The notes under the pieces: model-generated
What the model saw: only the letters and a program-made list of their open reading frames with translations
What the model was told of the DNA's origin: nothing
Databases searched by the model: none
Made by a program: the position numbers and the translations under genes
Assembly: GCA_002633005.1 (NCBI GenBank)
Contig: NMRA01000067.1
Span: forward strand, 914,440-978,439
Length of the DNA stretch: 64,000 nucleotides
Source of the DNA: Phoronis australis
Lineage: Eukaryota > Animalia > Phoronida
Reading direction: 5' to 3'
Part shown: positions 62,641 to 64,000 of the stretch, piece after piece
Numbering within the stretch: position 1 is the first letter of the stretch
Layout of the letters: each line of letters begins with the position of its first letter

Positions 62641-64000
62641 CAGCGTTTGGTTTAGTTCAAGAAGTGTATTGACAATTCATCAAGTGACAGTGTTATTGAT
62701 TTAAATAAATCCAACAGTATTAATTTATCAGGTAAACAGATATATCACCCGCACAGTGGAAATAACCATGGCATTACATATTTTTGAATTACCTAATTCA
62801 CTTGAAAAAATCTAAAGATGTCAATACCATCAAGTTCTCTTACTTTAAAAGCACAATTGGATATTGCCAAAGACAATACCATCATTCTGGTTTACCTTTG
62901 GTGAGCCAATCAAAATCAAGGTATTGGTTTACCAGTGATTAAACGTGTAAAATCAATCTACTTTTTCAGGAACTAAAATTGAGATTTTATGAAGAGTTAA
63001 AGAAACATTAAACAGAAAAAATTTGTAGAGTTAACATTACTGGAGACAGCACATTTTAAATATTAACAGTAAATTTCTTGGCTTTGAAGATTTATAGGCC
63101 ATTATCAAGCAGTCTGTGCACATTAAAATTAAAAAAAAAAAAAAAACAAATTCATATCAAAACAATGGTATCAATAACAAGATAAATTTAGTTTCAATGC
63201 AAATATTGAAGGTGAAATCTTAAGAATGTTGTCACAGTTTTCTAAATGACAATTTCATTACCACTTAAATAACTTATGATTTTTCACAGAAATACCTAAC
63301 AGTCCCAGTTTCGACAGTCCCTCACCTAAGAGTGGGACAATTTAAAAAAAATTATTCCAAACATCGTTTTGGAAACTAGAGCATTTACGTTATCTGAAAG
63401 TTTTATTAGAATGCAATGGGCCAGTTCTGAAATATGATATTACCAAATTTGGATATCTTATCTTCAGTTATGACATTTACTTAAAGTCCGAAGCGAAATC
63501 AAGGTCAATTGTTGCCAATGAGTAATAATTTTCTGATTTCAGACAAGTAAGGACAAAGGTCTAAGATCCATTGCCTTACCTTACAAACAGTTTGTAGAAG
63601 AGTTAACTAAAGCAAAAAGTACATCGGAACTGGGTTTTGATAAACAAAAGGCAACTTGCCTATGGACATTTGTCCTGGAGCAGGTGATGATTCAGACTGT
63701 GCCTGACACTTGGACATTAAAGTGGTAAAAAATGACACTCAGTGCATGCGCAGCAGATAAAGTGTGCCTGTAAGATGCATATTGTGTAGGTACGTAATGT
63801 GCTATTAATGTCTATGTCATCAAATCTGTGGTATATTCATCGTTCATGATATATTTTACTAAGTATGTTGGTTCAATAGACGTATTATTGATATTATTAC
63901 TTAAAGTTTATTACAAAACTATAGTTACAAACCTAGATATAGAAACTCAGTAACTGCTAAAGTCAAAGGACAACAGTATTAATTTGAGGTTTGTTACATA

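Overview
AT-rich, repeat-dense animal (probably invertebrate) genomic DNA. No host protein-coding gene could be recognised. The centrepiece is an apparently full-length, intact non-LTR retrotransposon (~42684-47311, + strand) with a single APE-RT-RNase H ORF. Its 5' UTR carries two RNA elements readable by eye. The first is an HDV-like self-cleaving ribozyme that marks the element's 5' end. The second is a ~240-nt structure with the hallmarks of a dicistrovirus intergenic-region (IGR) IRES: an SL-IV-like UCUUUA hairpin, SL-V with a CAGCC loop, nested pseudoknots, and a tRNA-mimic PKI ending CCU|GCU exactly in frame with the ORF. The endonuclease N-terminal motifs lie upstream of the first AUG, so the ORF needs non-AUG initiation. 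The remainder holds decayed DNA transposons (hAT with 5-bp TSD, piggyBac, Harbinger, a THAP fragment), an L1/Tx1-like 3' fragment, many MITEs, EnSpm/CACTA-like elements with subterminal repeats, a minisatellite, and a ~1.5-1.7 kb inverted duplication flanking the retrotransposon region. All structures were derived manually; none were computed or tested.
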